A stretch of DNA of 64,000 bases from Hyphochytrium catenoides (Eukaryota; Protista; Hyphochytriomycota): positions 326,275-390,274 of the forward strand of contig FLMG01000355.1 of NCBI GenBank assembly GCA_900088475.1. Reading direction: 5' to 3'. A program made the translations under genes and the position numbers. Each line of letters starts with the position of its first letter. Position 1 is the stretch's first letter. The notes beneath the pieces were generated by a model that made no database searches, was not told the DNA's origin, and saw only the letters and a list, made by a program, of their open reading frames with translations. Shown piece after piece: positions 23,654 to 36,718 of the stretch.

Positions 23654-26460
23654 ATGAAGGCCATGTCGTTCTGTAACATGCCTCTATTCAGTATCGGCGT
23701 CGTGCTGTTCGCAGGGCTACTGCCGCCGCCCTGTATGGGTGGGAGCTCGCCCTTGGACGTGCAATCAAGCTTGGCGGAGGTCCGCATTGAGCCTCCTAAC
23801 GGCATGGTTGAAGACTTTCTTTTTGACAAAACAGCGCTTGAGCTCCCTGACCAAGAGCCGTCAGACGGTTTTTCGCCAAATAGTGAAGAAGCATTTCACG
23901 AGTGGCTCCGAGCAGGAGGCTTCGCCTTTCAGGTATCGATAGCGCCAGGCACAGCATCGTTTCTGCGGTAGATACTTAGCTAACAACTGTAACAGTCCAT
24001 TGCGCGATTGACTGAAATGCAGGAAGGACGAGGACGAGGCATGGTCACCACGGGGCCTATTGCTAAAGGAAGCCCTATCTTTGTGTTGCCATTATCACTA
24101 GCAATGAGCAAACGCACCGCCAAACAATCCGGACTCAAGCCTTTCCTAGATGTTAACCCGGCGCTTTCGGAGCAGGCAGTGATGAGCCTTCACCTGCTTT
24201 ATGAGAAGTCCTTAGGAAATGCTTCCGGTTGGGCCCCCTATATGGGGCAGCTTCTGGGAAGAGAGGATCTTCACTCTACTATCATGTGGACAGAGGTAGA
24301 CAGGCTTGATTATCGGAACGTCATCAAACTTTGCTTACAACTGCCTTGCTCTGGATATTGCCCCTTCTACACTGTTACGAATTATTGTTATGCGCCCTCA
24401 AATTGTCCGTCGATGCTGTCTGTAGGAGGAGCTTGAGGAGCTAGCAGGCACACATCTGTATGATGCGACGATTGCTAGAAAGCATGCTCTTGACCGGACC
24501 TTCGAGCTGCTGGAACGGCCAATGACCATGACAATTCAAGAACTAGGAGGTAACAAGAAACTTGCGTTTCTTAAGGCCCTAAGGTGTACTTGCGTTTCCT
24601 AAGGGCATTAGGTGTAGACATTTGTAGGGTCTTTACCTCTTCTCGCGTCCTTGAGCTCGCATATTCCAAAGACCCTTTGAAACACCATGCTCCTCGTAGT
24701 CACAATTATTATGCTAACCCTATCCCTGTGTGAAGGGTCATTCTTTTCTCCGGGAGAGTTTACCAAAGACAAATTCTACTGGGCTGCAGCCACAATTTGG
24801 TGCGACTATGAGCAAGGCATAGTACCATTGACAGTTTTGGTTACCTCTTATGTTTGATCGTTGTCCTATGGGGTTCCGGCACCATGCATGTCCTCAAACT
24901 CTGGACGAGTGTGTCTAGTGACGTTTACTTGCTTGGAAGGAATGAATCCTTCTTCCATCCTCACCTAACCTTTCTCTTACTGCTTACAGGGCCTTTAGCA
25001 CAAACCTTAATTTTGATGATGGGAAAGTTGAGCTGATGTTGATCCCACTCTTGGACTCGCTCTGGCACAGAAGTGGAGAGCTGGTATAGTGGCCGGAAAG
25101 ATTCTTCCTTTGCGTCCGCTTCTCCCTTCTCTCAGCTCTAGCTCTGCTGGAATATTGGCTAATCAAAGTCCTCTCAGTAACTCCTTAGCTTGCTTCCACT
25201 TTCTCTCAAGAACTAATACGCAGTGAAGTTCCTTCTTGCGTTCCTTGCCTTGTCGTGGTTTGCTGTTACGCTTGTTCATCTTCTGGCAAATCGCACGACG
25301 CTCATACTCGCCATTAAGCTTTGCTGACGCTCTCCCCCGCGGTAGAATGGCCTCGTCCTCCATGAACAAAGCAACAATATCACGTTCTACGCAGCGCGGA
25401 ACTATCAAGGCTCAGAACCGGTACACCTAATTGACGTGCTCTTTTCGCTCACAACCTTCGAAAGCAGATATCCATTGGGAATCCCATTGAGCACAGTTCG
25501 AGAGGATTAACCTTGCTAATTAACCTATTCTCAGCTCTTCATCAACCTTGGAACACTCTCTGGCTCAGGGAAGCTTCTGCGATATGGTTTGCCACTGCAT
25601 CGGGATGACCCAGAGATGTTGGCCCTTGAGAGTTCTGTCAAGGACAGACCAGAGCTAAAGAATATTTGGGTCAAGCATCACTTACAAGAGTAAGAGCTAG
25701 GCTACAATGTTCATCCTAACCCTGATTCCATCGTCCTACCCAACCTGTCCTGACACTGGTCCCATTCTCTCTGTAGAGCTGATGTCACTATCAGGATGAC
25801 TAATGGGACCATCAGCATTCCTGACGCCATCTTCACTGCTTATCGTATGAAGGTGAGACGGGCACTCTACATCCCTTCAGCTGCGGCCCAATGTAACAAG
25901 ACTACTCCCGATCTAACCTTCCCCCATTTCTTGTTTCGTTCCCTCAGGCCCTCCTGCCAGAAGAGATAGAAAAGTATGAGGAAAGCGACTTTTCCAGCGG
26001 CTTCAGGTACCGATGACCGCCTTCTCCCCGTGCCAAGAGTGGGTTAGAAAGGAACTGAACTCCAATCTTATTTTAGTGTGGAGGTTGAAGTGAGAATGCT
26101 ACGAACCCTTTCAAAGAAGATTCAGAACAAACTCAGCCTTATAAAGGGCTCACAGCCGGAGGTACTCATGTACTCAATAGACCAAACGATTGGTTCCCTA
26201 TAAGAACTGTGTATCTTCGTCCCATCTTTGATATCCATTTACATGGTCGGCCCGCCCTCATCTGCTTCAGTTCCTAGCTTACAGCCATTCTTCACTCTTG
26301 TGTTTAGGACCTTGAGCTCCTGGCGTCAAAGGACAATCTGCCTTACCGCAAGCGGCAGGCCATCAGCTATCGGACAAGGGAGAGACAGCTTTATCTCGCT
26401 CTGAAGGAAAAAGTCCAGACCTTATGGGCTGACATTCTAGAGAGCGATTTGCCTCTCTGA
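23654..26460 (+). CDS. SET-domain (Rubisco LSMT/SETD3-class) protein with an N-terminal signal-like peptide; active-site motifs degenerate
   Basis: Exons give EEAFHEWLRAGG, GRGRGMVTTGPIAKGSPIFVLP, LHLLYEKSLGNASGWAPYM, WTEEELEELAGT, FYWAAATIW, LIPLLDSLWH, LFINLG..KLLRYGL and an LSMT-like tail RKRQAISYRTRERQL..LPL*. Confidence 0.85.
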
Positions 26461-26537
26461 CTGCAAAGGGTCCAGTAGTTCGTCCTCTGTCTGCGTTGTA
26501 GCCTGTTAATTTGACTTCTCCTTTTGCTTTCCTCTCC

Positions 26538-29500
26538 TCATTCAAAGCAATAAAGCTGCAGAGCCTTCTCACACGCCTTAAAGGTGGCGTTTTGTTTACT
26601 CCCTCCCTTTCCCCTAGCCACCAACCGCCGCCTGATAAAGAGTCCCACAGTGAACTGTCTATTGTGAGGTGGGCCTGTAGTTTCCAGCACCTCAAACCTA
26701 GAACAAGCAACGTTAGCGAAGCTCATTCGTGCTCCGATGCTACTAGCTGCGACGACTCCTCCATTCTCCTCGCCATTCGCTTCAGTATACAATTTATCCT
26801 AAAATTCACCCTTCCTTGACTCTGCACTGGCACTACCTACGCTGCCCGCTAGTTACCCCTGCCCAATCAGTATGTACCATAGTTTAAGGTTGGCGTCTTC
26901 TCCGTTGGCGCTATTGACCGAGTCGAACAGCCTGGTCTTCGAGTCCAGCCACTCCTTCGACACAATGGCCTGTGATAGCAAGACTGAGATTAGGAATACG
27001 CACTGGGAGGCTCCAAAAGCCAAAGCAAGCACTTTCCCACCTTTCGTATCCGTGGGTAGAGCACTTTTCTGGAGAATTTTTCTACCGCTCCAAGTCCCTG
27101 TGCAGATGGAGAGGACAATTAGTCATAAGAATCGGAAGAGAGACTCACCAGCTCCCGGAACTAAACTCGTTGTCTTCTACTACGGCTCATGGTGCTGTAA
27201 TGACCGCCGAGCGCTGTTGGCTTTCACTTATATCTTGGTGCAGTGCTCAAGTTGCGCCCCTTTGCACTCTAACCTCCTCCTCTATTTTCTCTCAGGCCCC
27301 AAACTACGCACTCACCTGGTCTATGTATAGCGCCGCCAAGAATGACTCGAAAGCGTCCGAGAGCATTCCTTGCCTCGCCTTCGTGTCTTCTTCTAGTACT
27401 GCTGACGGGTTGTACCTGATGTAAGGCACGAGTCCGATAGCGCTTGTGATAGCAGCCAGGCGGTTGTTATTAACCAAGGCCGAACGGAGGAGAGTGAGAT
27501 GGTTCTCTTGGTGAACAGGGAAATGATCGTACAGGAATCTAGAAGATGAAGCGGACATGAAAGAACAGTCAGAGCTCTTTTCATCCTCGACTTCTCTACT
27601 CTACTCCTATTTCGGTAAGCCCCGCGGCGGCCTATACGTTCCAGGTCTTACTACTGTCATCCATAGCATGCCTACTTAGCACTTCACGTTCTCAAGTTGG
27701 CACACGGCGCTGTCTACTATGGTATCCCTGTCGCGAGCACCTGGAGATTATAAGCTGCAGGACCGCGTCGCCCAAGAACTCCAAGCGCTGGTTTTGTCCC
27801 AGGCCCATCACATCAGACTCAACAACGAAGTTTGGGTGAGTGAGGCTTTGTATCAAGAGTCGCGGGCTATTGAACTTGATCCCAACATCTTGCTCAAAGG
27901 TCCGGTACCTTTCACGATACAGAGCCAGATCAGACCCATTCAAAGAGGCCAGCGAAGGGTAGGGGCACCTATATGAGGGAAAGGAATGACAAGAACCCAT
28001 GGCTTGCAAAGAAAGGTCGTCCAGAAAGCAGCTACAGTATAACTCCAGAGTAGCTGAACCCAAGGATCAGGATGTAAAGAGACCACAGGGTTGGACAGCG
28101 ATCATGGCATGCATACCTTTCATAAGCTAGAGAGCTCCTAACTTCCTCTTCATCTTTATGCATTCCGGCTCGAATGGTCTTCAGTTCCTCGTTAGACAGC
28201 CATATAGACCGGAGATCAGGCTCCTGGGAAAAGAGAAGATCACCGTATAGTTTTCTGCAAGCAGCCAGCCCCTGAGATCCAGATAATTAGAGTTAGACAC
28301 TTTCTGCCAGTCAATGCCACGGGCTGCATCAAAGACGTCACACTTTTGAGAGCAAGATGAAAGAAACCGCCGTTACATGTCGAAATGACGGTACCACGGA
28401 GACTTCCAGCACGCAGAACGTCGAAGGGACGACGACAAACAAAGCTTACCTGGTCTAAAAATAGGGCTCCAGCCAGCGCCTCTACGCAGTCCGCAAGCAG
28501 GTTCTGCTTATCAAACTTTGACATTCTATCAGATCGGAGTGAGCAGAGAACGTAGTCCTGGAACCTGAATCGGAGAGCGATATCGCATAAAATCTCGTTG
28601 TTGACAATCCCTGAGAGAGGAGACGGGTGTTTGGTTGGAAGAAGAGGGGGGAGGGGAAGAGGGGAGGAGAGTAAGCAAGCAGGAAGGACTCAGCCGGCTT
28701 AACTTCTGCAATCGACAAGCACAAAAAGCGAGTGCGGAAATGCCTGGCGGATCTGAGAACATGGCGTGGGCGAACGGGGTAGCGCGGACGTAGATGTATA
28801 GCATCAGCATGGATAGACTATATGACGTATGGGTACGGAGGAGGCCTGCTCGTGCTGCCCTACCAGCCCTAAACCGTGTAAGCCCTCCTTCTTGTTCTTC
28901 AGGAAGGTGAAAGTAGAGGGAAGTAGAGGTGATTAGCTCTATCACGGCGTCCCCTAAGAACTCTAGGCGCTGATTGTGCCCATCGAAGGACCAACGGAGA
29001 TTGGATGAAGTCCAGCGGAGTGCCACCCGCGAATCTTCCTGATAGGTTGCCTGCACCCCTCGGGCCTGCGCACATTCTATGTAAGGAACTAGAGAAAGGA
29101 AATAGCTTCCCTCTCATAAAGCTAAGGCAAGGAGATAGCCGTAACCTCATGTGAGTTCCTCTTCCGCTGCCGCCTACCCTAGTGTCCGTACATGGGCCCT
29201 CTTAGTGCTTTCCTCGTTTCGTCACTTTGTGGCTAACTTTGCACCCCTAATGACTAGAGTGTTGACCGCTACGCCGACCACCACCACTTATGATTTCCTG
29301 ACTTGGGGCTTTATTCGCACCTTCTGTTTTTCAGTTTCTAGTACATCTCTTTCCATGGTGTGCATCAACCGAGCTCTTTTGGATGTCCCTTCTGAGTCCT
29401 TGCCCTGAAGCAACAGCAGTGCAGCTTGGGCGCTGTCCATACTATCCAATTCGTTCTCCGCAACGGCCTAAACAACGTTGAATATCAGACAAGACCTAAG

Positions 29501-32500
29501 AGAAGAGGTTTCCTACAATGCAGATGATAGTCTCTATTTAACCCTATACCTTCTCAGCCTGAGGGTAGCGGTGTCCGACCCTCACAAGCGCTTTTTGGCC
29601 CTCGGGGGTGTTCAGGGACTGCATGCCTGTTGGGGCCGTTAGTGAATCCGAAAGAATGAAGAGGAAGCACGAGGAATCTTTGATTGAGGGACTAGGCTTA
29701 AATGGAAAGAGAAAGGGAGACGAGAGAAGAATGGTGGAGTGACACGGGGACGCAGAAATAACAATGCACCACCATTTAATTTGAGCATGTCGGAGCTAAG
29801 AAGACAGAGGCACCACTGCGCACCGAGTAGAGAGAAATGTGAATAATGGGAGAAGAGGAAGGTTGCGGAAGGAGGCAGGATAGGGCCAAGTACTCTTGAG
29901 TCACGACGACGTGAGGGAGCTGCTTAGAGGAGGTTTGGATTGGCAAGTTTTAAGAGAATGTGAAATGACAGCAATGTATGCGCACCAGCATCCACATAGG
30001 AAGGATGAGTGAACGCTTGTCTAAGCAGTGCCTTGTTTTTGAAGGTGACACCAATCTTCGCTTCTAGCTTTATGAAGTCTGTGAAGTTTCGGACGTAACG
30101 AAGTATAATAGGCAGAACCCCAGCCATCTACGCAGAGCAACAAATGGAAGGGCGGATAAGAAGAAGGTTACGAAGAAGTCAGAGAGAGCATGCTCACGGA
30201 CGGGCCCATTGAGGCTCATTCACGTTTAGCATCGAGAGACGCGGGACAGACGAACCACTTCAAGGAGAGGAGGCTGTACAGAAAGGACGGTGTAGTCCAA
30301 GTTATGGAACAAAGTATAGAAAAGAAGCGCTCCGACACACTACCTCGGTTATATCGGTTCGGAGGCCCGTAAGGAAGCAAATTTCGCTAAGGAAACATTT
30401 TGAGCTTGCTTCTCCTTGGTCAGCATCAGGCTGTCGCTGATCTTCCGCCATCTTCCAGATCTGTTTACCCATAAAGTACCCCTTGCAGCCTCGAATCTGC
30501 AACTGAACGAGAAATAGAGCATGAGATCACNNNNNNNNNTCAGTACTTCTTCAGCACAACTGAGCCCTTTGCCTTGTGGGCAAATGTTTCCAGAGGGATC
30601 AGTTTTGTACTGAAGAAGAGAATAGTCAACATTTGTACCAATCGTCCTTCTTCTCTCTCTCTCTCTCTTTTTTGGATAGACCTACAATTTTCTGACTAGG
30701 AAGCACCTCATCAACTCGGAAGAATTTCTCTGTGACGAAGAAAGGGTCGGGATTAGCTACGCTCAACTCAAGGACAGATGCAATGCACCCCAAAATGGGT
30801 AAAAAGGTTGACAGAGTCTGCGGCCTACAGTTAAGATCATATGTTGTCCAACTTCTTACTCAGATATGGGGCCGTCAACACCTGGTCTACAAGGTTCTCG
30901 CCATTGTTGATTGCATCCAGCGCTGTAACGGACTGACGGGCCTTCAGAGCTCTGTGGGAACCAAAATATAAACAACGGGCAGAAAAAAGAGGCAATTGAC
31001 ATATTGAAGAAACTTGATATCGGAAAAGACCCGAACAACGAAGCGAGGAGGCGGATCACAAGCACAGTGAACGTATGTCACATACTTAAAACTTATCGCT
31101 CCGAGCACAAAGCACTGAAAGGGAGATAAGGGTTGCGAAGGTAGGGACCCCGCTATGCATGTTCAGAACAGAGGCAAGATAATTCTGAGCTTACTCAACG
31201 ACAGCCTTAAGAGAAAGGTGTGGTGATGTCCCTAGACCGCATTGCGTGGCCGTAGGCAGCTTGGTCGGATCCTCCTTCTACACGTAACGTGAGCGAATAA
31301 TCGTTAGAAAATGACCGCAAGTTTTTGGAAAAATTGGAGGATATGGTGAAGCCGAAAGACCACAGCTAGTGATAGATACAGGCAAGGACTGAGGCTTCCC
31401 TCCCTACCGTTGGGTCTATGAAGCGAGGGTAGAGGTAAAATTCGCAGAGGTCAGCAGGAAGACCGTTAAGAATGACGCTCCGAAACCCGCAAATGGATTG
31501 CCCTGCCAAAGCTAGCTTAGAAGAACGTCCAGAGGCCTAGGGCTGCGCTGCCCGAATATTCCTCTGCATCGACTCTGACAAGATGTCTCTTGGTGCTCCT
31601 CTGACTCGCTCTTCCGCTAGTTAGTATCTTTGGTTCCGAGGGCTCCTCTAACCGCTCTAAGTCTGGTCGGACTCTCTTGGCGCTAGCTAACAGCAAGTTG
31701 CCCGCTTCTCTTCCTTTGTACTCTATTGCTCTCTTCAATACATTCGTCAAGTCCCTTGGGCAACATCATTCTCTATACACCCAGCATACCGATATCCAGC
31801 ACATCTTCCAGCAGCATCTTCGAGAACGCTCCTAGCTCCTCTTCATAGTGGCCTCTTTCTCCCTTGACCAAGTACGCCTCTAGTAAGCTGGCCACATCCT
31901 CTGGAACGGGCTCTGGCTCGAAGGTGACAGACTGCATCACTCTATCTCGAACGAACTCCAGCTAGTAATGGAGTGAAGAGAAACATCAAAAATTGTCAAC
32001 CCCGCAGACGTTCATTGCAAGACAAGAAGCAGATTGATAAAGCATAATGAGACAGAGTCTTGAGCTATCTATTTTGATGAGGTAGCATTGAGCGTACGTA
32101 CCAGAGGGACGGCGGGCAACTCGCCAAGGCGAATGACGAGGAACCCGTCAAACACGAAGTCATTACCATTAACACTAAGCGTCGTCGGGCCTTGGAAGCG
32201 AGGTGGCGTGTCTGTCAACAGCGAAGGTTTAGACTTGTGTCGGTACGCCTATTTTCGTTCTTTCTTCCCTCCGATGCAATGTTCTACCTAAGTCGTCTAC
32301 TTCTTTGAAAGTGGCAACTCCTTCCCGTTATACTGCTCCCATTTATTCCTTTCCAACCCTTCAGCAGTATGCCCTGCTGCTTGGCTTCCCCTGGGCACTC
32401 TTGGGGTAGCACTTCCTCCATAGATTTCTCACCAGGATCAATTTTCCATGTCATCCTTAGACAATGTAATTTGCCTATATCTTCCAGCTTTTCGATTTGA

Positions 32501-33942
32501 AGGTTCTCTACAGCGGCATAAGTCAGAAGGGCACCAAAGTGGTTGAACAAGGGCCTTACCTGGAGGGGGCGAAGCGTTTTTCTTCTCACCTGCAGGGAGC
32601 CAGACAAAGCTTCTTTAGCACACGATGAAAAGAGTAGGACGAATGAAGAAGATCATTGGGTGATAACGTTAGGGACTAGGATGGAGGGGAGACATGTAGG
32701 AGGAGGAATGAAGAAGGTCATTGGGTGATAACGTCAGGGACTAGGATGAAGGGGAAACATGTAGGCACAATAACTAAAGAGTCATGTGGCTTACTGGGTT
32801 CATTTCGCGCTGCGGCCGCTGGACTGCTCCAGTGTCTGTTGGTATCTTTCTTCCGGAAGTTCGTTGGGGTATCCCCACCTAGAAAACATTCGCTTCGTTG
32901 TAAGTGGTCCAGAGATTTGAAGGAGAAGCTAACGGAATGAGAATGAAAGAAGGTCCCTACCTCCACGACTAGACCGGCGCTCCTGTCCACCCCGGTATCT
33001 ATCAGAAGAGCTCCTTCTCTCAGAACGCTGATAGTCCCCTTCATCGATCGCTAGATAGATTGATAGACCACCGGTAGCGGGTGTAGCAAGGTTCACGATA
33101 AGTCGAGGGGAGGAGAGAAGAAGGTGGTGCGGTGAGGCGAAGAAGATCAAGTTGGACGAAAGGATCGAAGCAAACTACTCTCCCCCCGTGATATAGTAGA
33201 ACGACTGAAAGAAAAATACACTAGACACTAGAGGGATCCACTGCACGTTCAGAGAGAGGCATGGAGAGGGAGAGCTGACATAGAGAGGTCGGCCTTCTGA
33301 ATCAGGTTGTGCACCTTTACCTTCTCGGGGTCGTTTCCTTTTGACAGCATCGGCCTTGAAGGGTGTCTCTTCACGGGATGCGTGTCTGGGACTATCTAAC
33401 CTGTAACTCTTATCAGTGCGAGAAGAGTAGTAAACGCCACAGCCCTGGTCCTCTCTCAGCGTGTCTTGTTGCTGATCGGATGTCACTCTATAATCATGCC
33501 AAGTTGTCTGATTACCATGCCCTTGGTTGGTTACAAGTGGATAGACTTGTGAGTGCGGCGAGTTCTCCCGAGCATATTGGACGTTTTGTCGGTAGGCCGC
33601 AGGTGACTGGTAAGAAGAAGGAGGAGGATATGTGGAATGCTGCGGATAGGGAGTCAGCATGTCATACTCCATTGAGGGAGGAGACTGGGTTGATACCCCG
33701 GCCCCATCAGGTCTTTGCTGATAATAGTGCCAAGAAGCCATGCTCTCCGATTGAGGGTATGAGTAATATGCAGGGTGGATGTGTGACTGTGGCTGAGCTT
33801 CTTGGTGGCCACCGTGATAAGAATCTCTTGCAGCACCAGGAGACACCTCTTGACCAGCGGAAGGACTCTGATGGTGGCTGCTGGCGTTCCGTTGGTAAGA
33901 AGACCGACCTAGGTTTCGGCTTATCTGACCAGGTGGTGACAT
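26538..33942 (-). CDS. DROSHA: Drosha-clade class 2 RNase III (oomycete DCL2-like): low-complexity/RS N-terminus, central domain, two RNase III domains, dsRBD
   Basis: RIIIDa: [11 protein letters not shown]...[14 protein letters not shown]...[10 protein letters not shown]. RIIIDb: [37 protein letters not shown]. Then EWLDSKTRL and ds[25 protein letters not shown]. Central [22 protein letters not shown] resembles the Drosha central domain. No helicase seen. Start tentative; N gap at 30531-30539. Confidence 0.9.
32641..32765. repeat. Intronic tandem duplication (2 x ~60 nt, period 65) in the Drosha-like gene
   Basis: gaatgaagaagatcattgggtgataacgttagggactaggatggaggggagacatgtagg recurs at 32706 with a few substitutions. 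Confidence 0.9.
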
Positions 33943-34703
33943 GCCTCCCCGTCCGTAACTACTATCTGTTTCACAAAAGTTTCCTTTCGTGGGCTTCTTA
34001 TATTGTGCTTGGCATCCAGTTCTCACGATGCGTTGAAGCTATAAACTGTCAAGAAGCGCCCTCATACTGGGAGTTAGGGCTGCTCAAAACGTCCGCCAAA
34101 GAGAAGTAAAGATGTGATATATCTCCAGATTGTGCTCTTTCTCTTCCGCCTCATTGGCCCAGGCAAGGGAGGGAGCTCAGCCTAAGACGTTCTTATCTGC
34201 CTCTTCGACCTGCTTTCCTTACCTTTGTCAGCCTACCATCTCACTCTGTCTGTCACTCTGTCTTGGACTCTCTGGCTCCTTCAACCAATCAAGAAAACCT
34301 CCTCCATCTTCTGATGCACTCCACTTTTTCTGGCTCTCTCTCTGCCTTTAACCCCTCCATCCGAAAATGACCCCTCCTGTCTGAAAATACCACCAGTTAC
34401 ACTTCATGCCCCCTAATTCAATACGAGTAGACTGATGACATACATGCATTTGCCCCTGGATTGTCGTACCTAAGCCAAGGGCCTACGAGAACAAATGTGG
34501 GGTTCCGAAAATATAAGGTCTGGTGATGAGAAGCAATATTCCTCGACATGGCCAAGGCAGACAAGCGTAGTAAGAAGAAGAACCACCACCAGTGGCGGAA
34601 AGAGGAAGAAGAACGAACGAAGAAGGTGATGATGGTGATGATTCTGATTTTGCCACCGAGAGAACATTGCCTTCGCTAGGCATGATGGCACCTTGCTCTC
34701 CTA

Positions 34704-34755
34704 CTTTCAGATGATGATTCATCAAGCCACTTTCAGATGATTCAAGCCACTTTCA
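34704..34755. repeat. Short tandem repeat whose copies differ by two 3-nt duplications
   Basis: ctttcagatgatgattcatcaagcca is followed by ctttcagatgattcaagcca. Confidence 0.85.
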
Positions 34756-36718
34756 TGATCACTTCTTATCTTACTGGGTATCTTTCCTATTTATTATATA
34801 TTATCGTTCAAAGAAGAAGCGGCGGCGGAGTCATCATCCATTGATGACCTCTTCTCCTGCTCCTTATCATCAACGACGGGCCAGGAAGTTAAATTGTTCT
34901 TCTTCATAACTTCTTGTCTTCTTATCGACCGCTGCTGCCGTCCAATCTGTAGTTGATGACCGACCCTGAAAGAAAGAAGATCCTCCCTACTTCTTCTTCC
35001 TACTGTTTCTTTTTTTTCAAAAAATAAGTCAAGATAATAAACATCACTACTCATCCACAACTCAAGAAGCGTGTCCATACCTCTCCTCCTCCTTAGGCTA
35101 TCTGGTTCATCAATCACACAGAAGGAAGCCAGCAAGGGATCATCAACTACTACGGAGTTCCATGAGGATTGCGACCTCAGCCACAGCTTTCTCTTTGTAT
35201 CAAGTGTCTTCGTTGTATCTAAACTTCGTTACGTACTTCATCAAGATTGTTATTTTTATTAACAACCGACGACACAAACACCACATCATCATCATCTTTC
35301 CCGCGCACCTCACCGCAACAACCCGCAGGAGAGTCAGCTAGACTAGCAGCAATCAGTTTACTAGATCCTCGTGAAATGTATGGAAAGAAGATGAAGAAGG
35401 AGGGACAAATAAAGAAGTAACCAAGCCCGGCAGCTCCTGCTGCTTCTGGTGGACATTCCGTCGATTCATATTATGTTGACTGCATGATAGGCATATCACC
35501 TATCGGAAGATCGTCGCGGAGGAGGAGGATAATAATAACGCCAAATTTGAATGACTATTTATAACTAATCCCCAACGACGACACGCACGGCAGCATCACA
35601 TGAGTACAGCTGTAGTACCACCCCTCATATCCACCAATTTTCTGGTATTACTCCGTACCACTATCGACAGCGACCCATCAACAGCAGCAAGTAAGTGCCG
35701 TGATGAATATAGTGCTGCGATGATACTGTGGTGAGAGCGCTAGCGCAGTTATTATCTTCCTTACTCTTCATCAACAATCAGTCATCACCACTATTATACT
35801 TAAGACATTCTACAGGACGACGTAGTAGAATAGCGACCGACCAACAACGACACTGTAAGCAAGCAGAAGAGGACATGGCGAGTGTCTGAGCCAGGAGGGA
35901 GAACGCTACGTGCGTCGCCCCTACATCCATCATCATTCATCACCAGGAGGAGTTACCGATCGATGAGGATGATGACTTAGTTAGCGGTGACAGATCCTCT
36001 TCCTACCTCAAGGACGACGTGCAGGGGCCACCCACTGACAAAGTTATTTTAGGCATGTCCCAAACTATTATTCAGACACGAAGGTAAGAAGTTGACCCCC
36101 TTTACTCTCAACCCTCCTGGTCCCCCCAGAGGCCATAGATAGTACCAGGTGGTCCCAACCGACAGATGTCCACAAACTTCGTGGCTACGAATTTCAAAAA
36201 AGCCGTTACTCTGTTTAACTTTGTTGGGGTTGTTTGATGACTTGTGTTGGACGCTCCTCCGGCTCTGCTGCTGCATCAGTCTGAGCAGAGGACAGACAGC
36301 CCATAGAGGGCCAGGCAACCTGAAGCCAACAAGGCTTCGAACAGAGAAGCTTAGCGCAAGACAGAGATGATGTCACGCAGCACGACTCCGCTCCTCCGTT
36401 GTTGGTGGTGGTGTCCTGGTGCTGGGCCGCAGAGGTGAAGAGGAGATGGAGGGTAGGATAACGTAGGTGAGTTCCTCCACTCGGTCGTCAGAAGTGGGCT
36501 GACCGACGTTAGGTTATTGCTCGCTCAAGCCTCCTCAGACAGGTGCAGTGAGTGAGCCTAGAATGGCTCTACTACATGTTTGGAAACCCAAAGGTGCTTT
36601 TTGGCGTTTGACCTCGTTAATGACGACCGATTAGACAGTGAGTCCCACCTTGTAGTGAAGTGCCTAAAGAAACGACCAAGACCCATAACTTTACTGATCG
36701 GCCACATCAGTCCTATGA

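Noticed and set aside
32641-32765. CRISPR-like repeat
   Set aside because: Only two adjacent copies, no spacers, eukaryotic intron, no cas genes.
33363-34109. 248-aa plus-strand ORF
   Set aside because: Antisense to the large first exon of the Drosha-like gene and has no motif.
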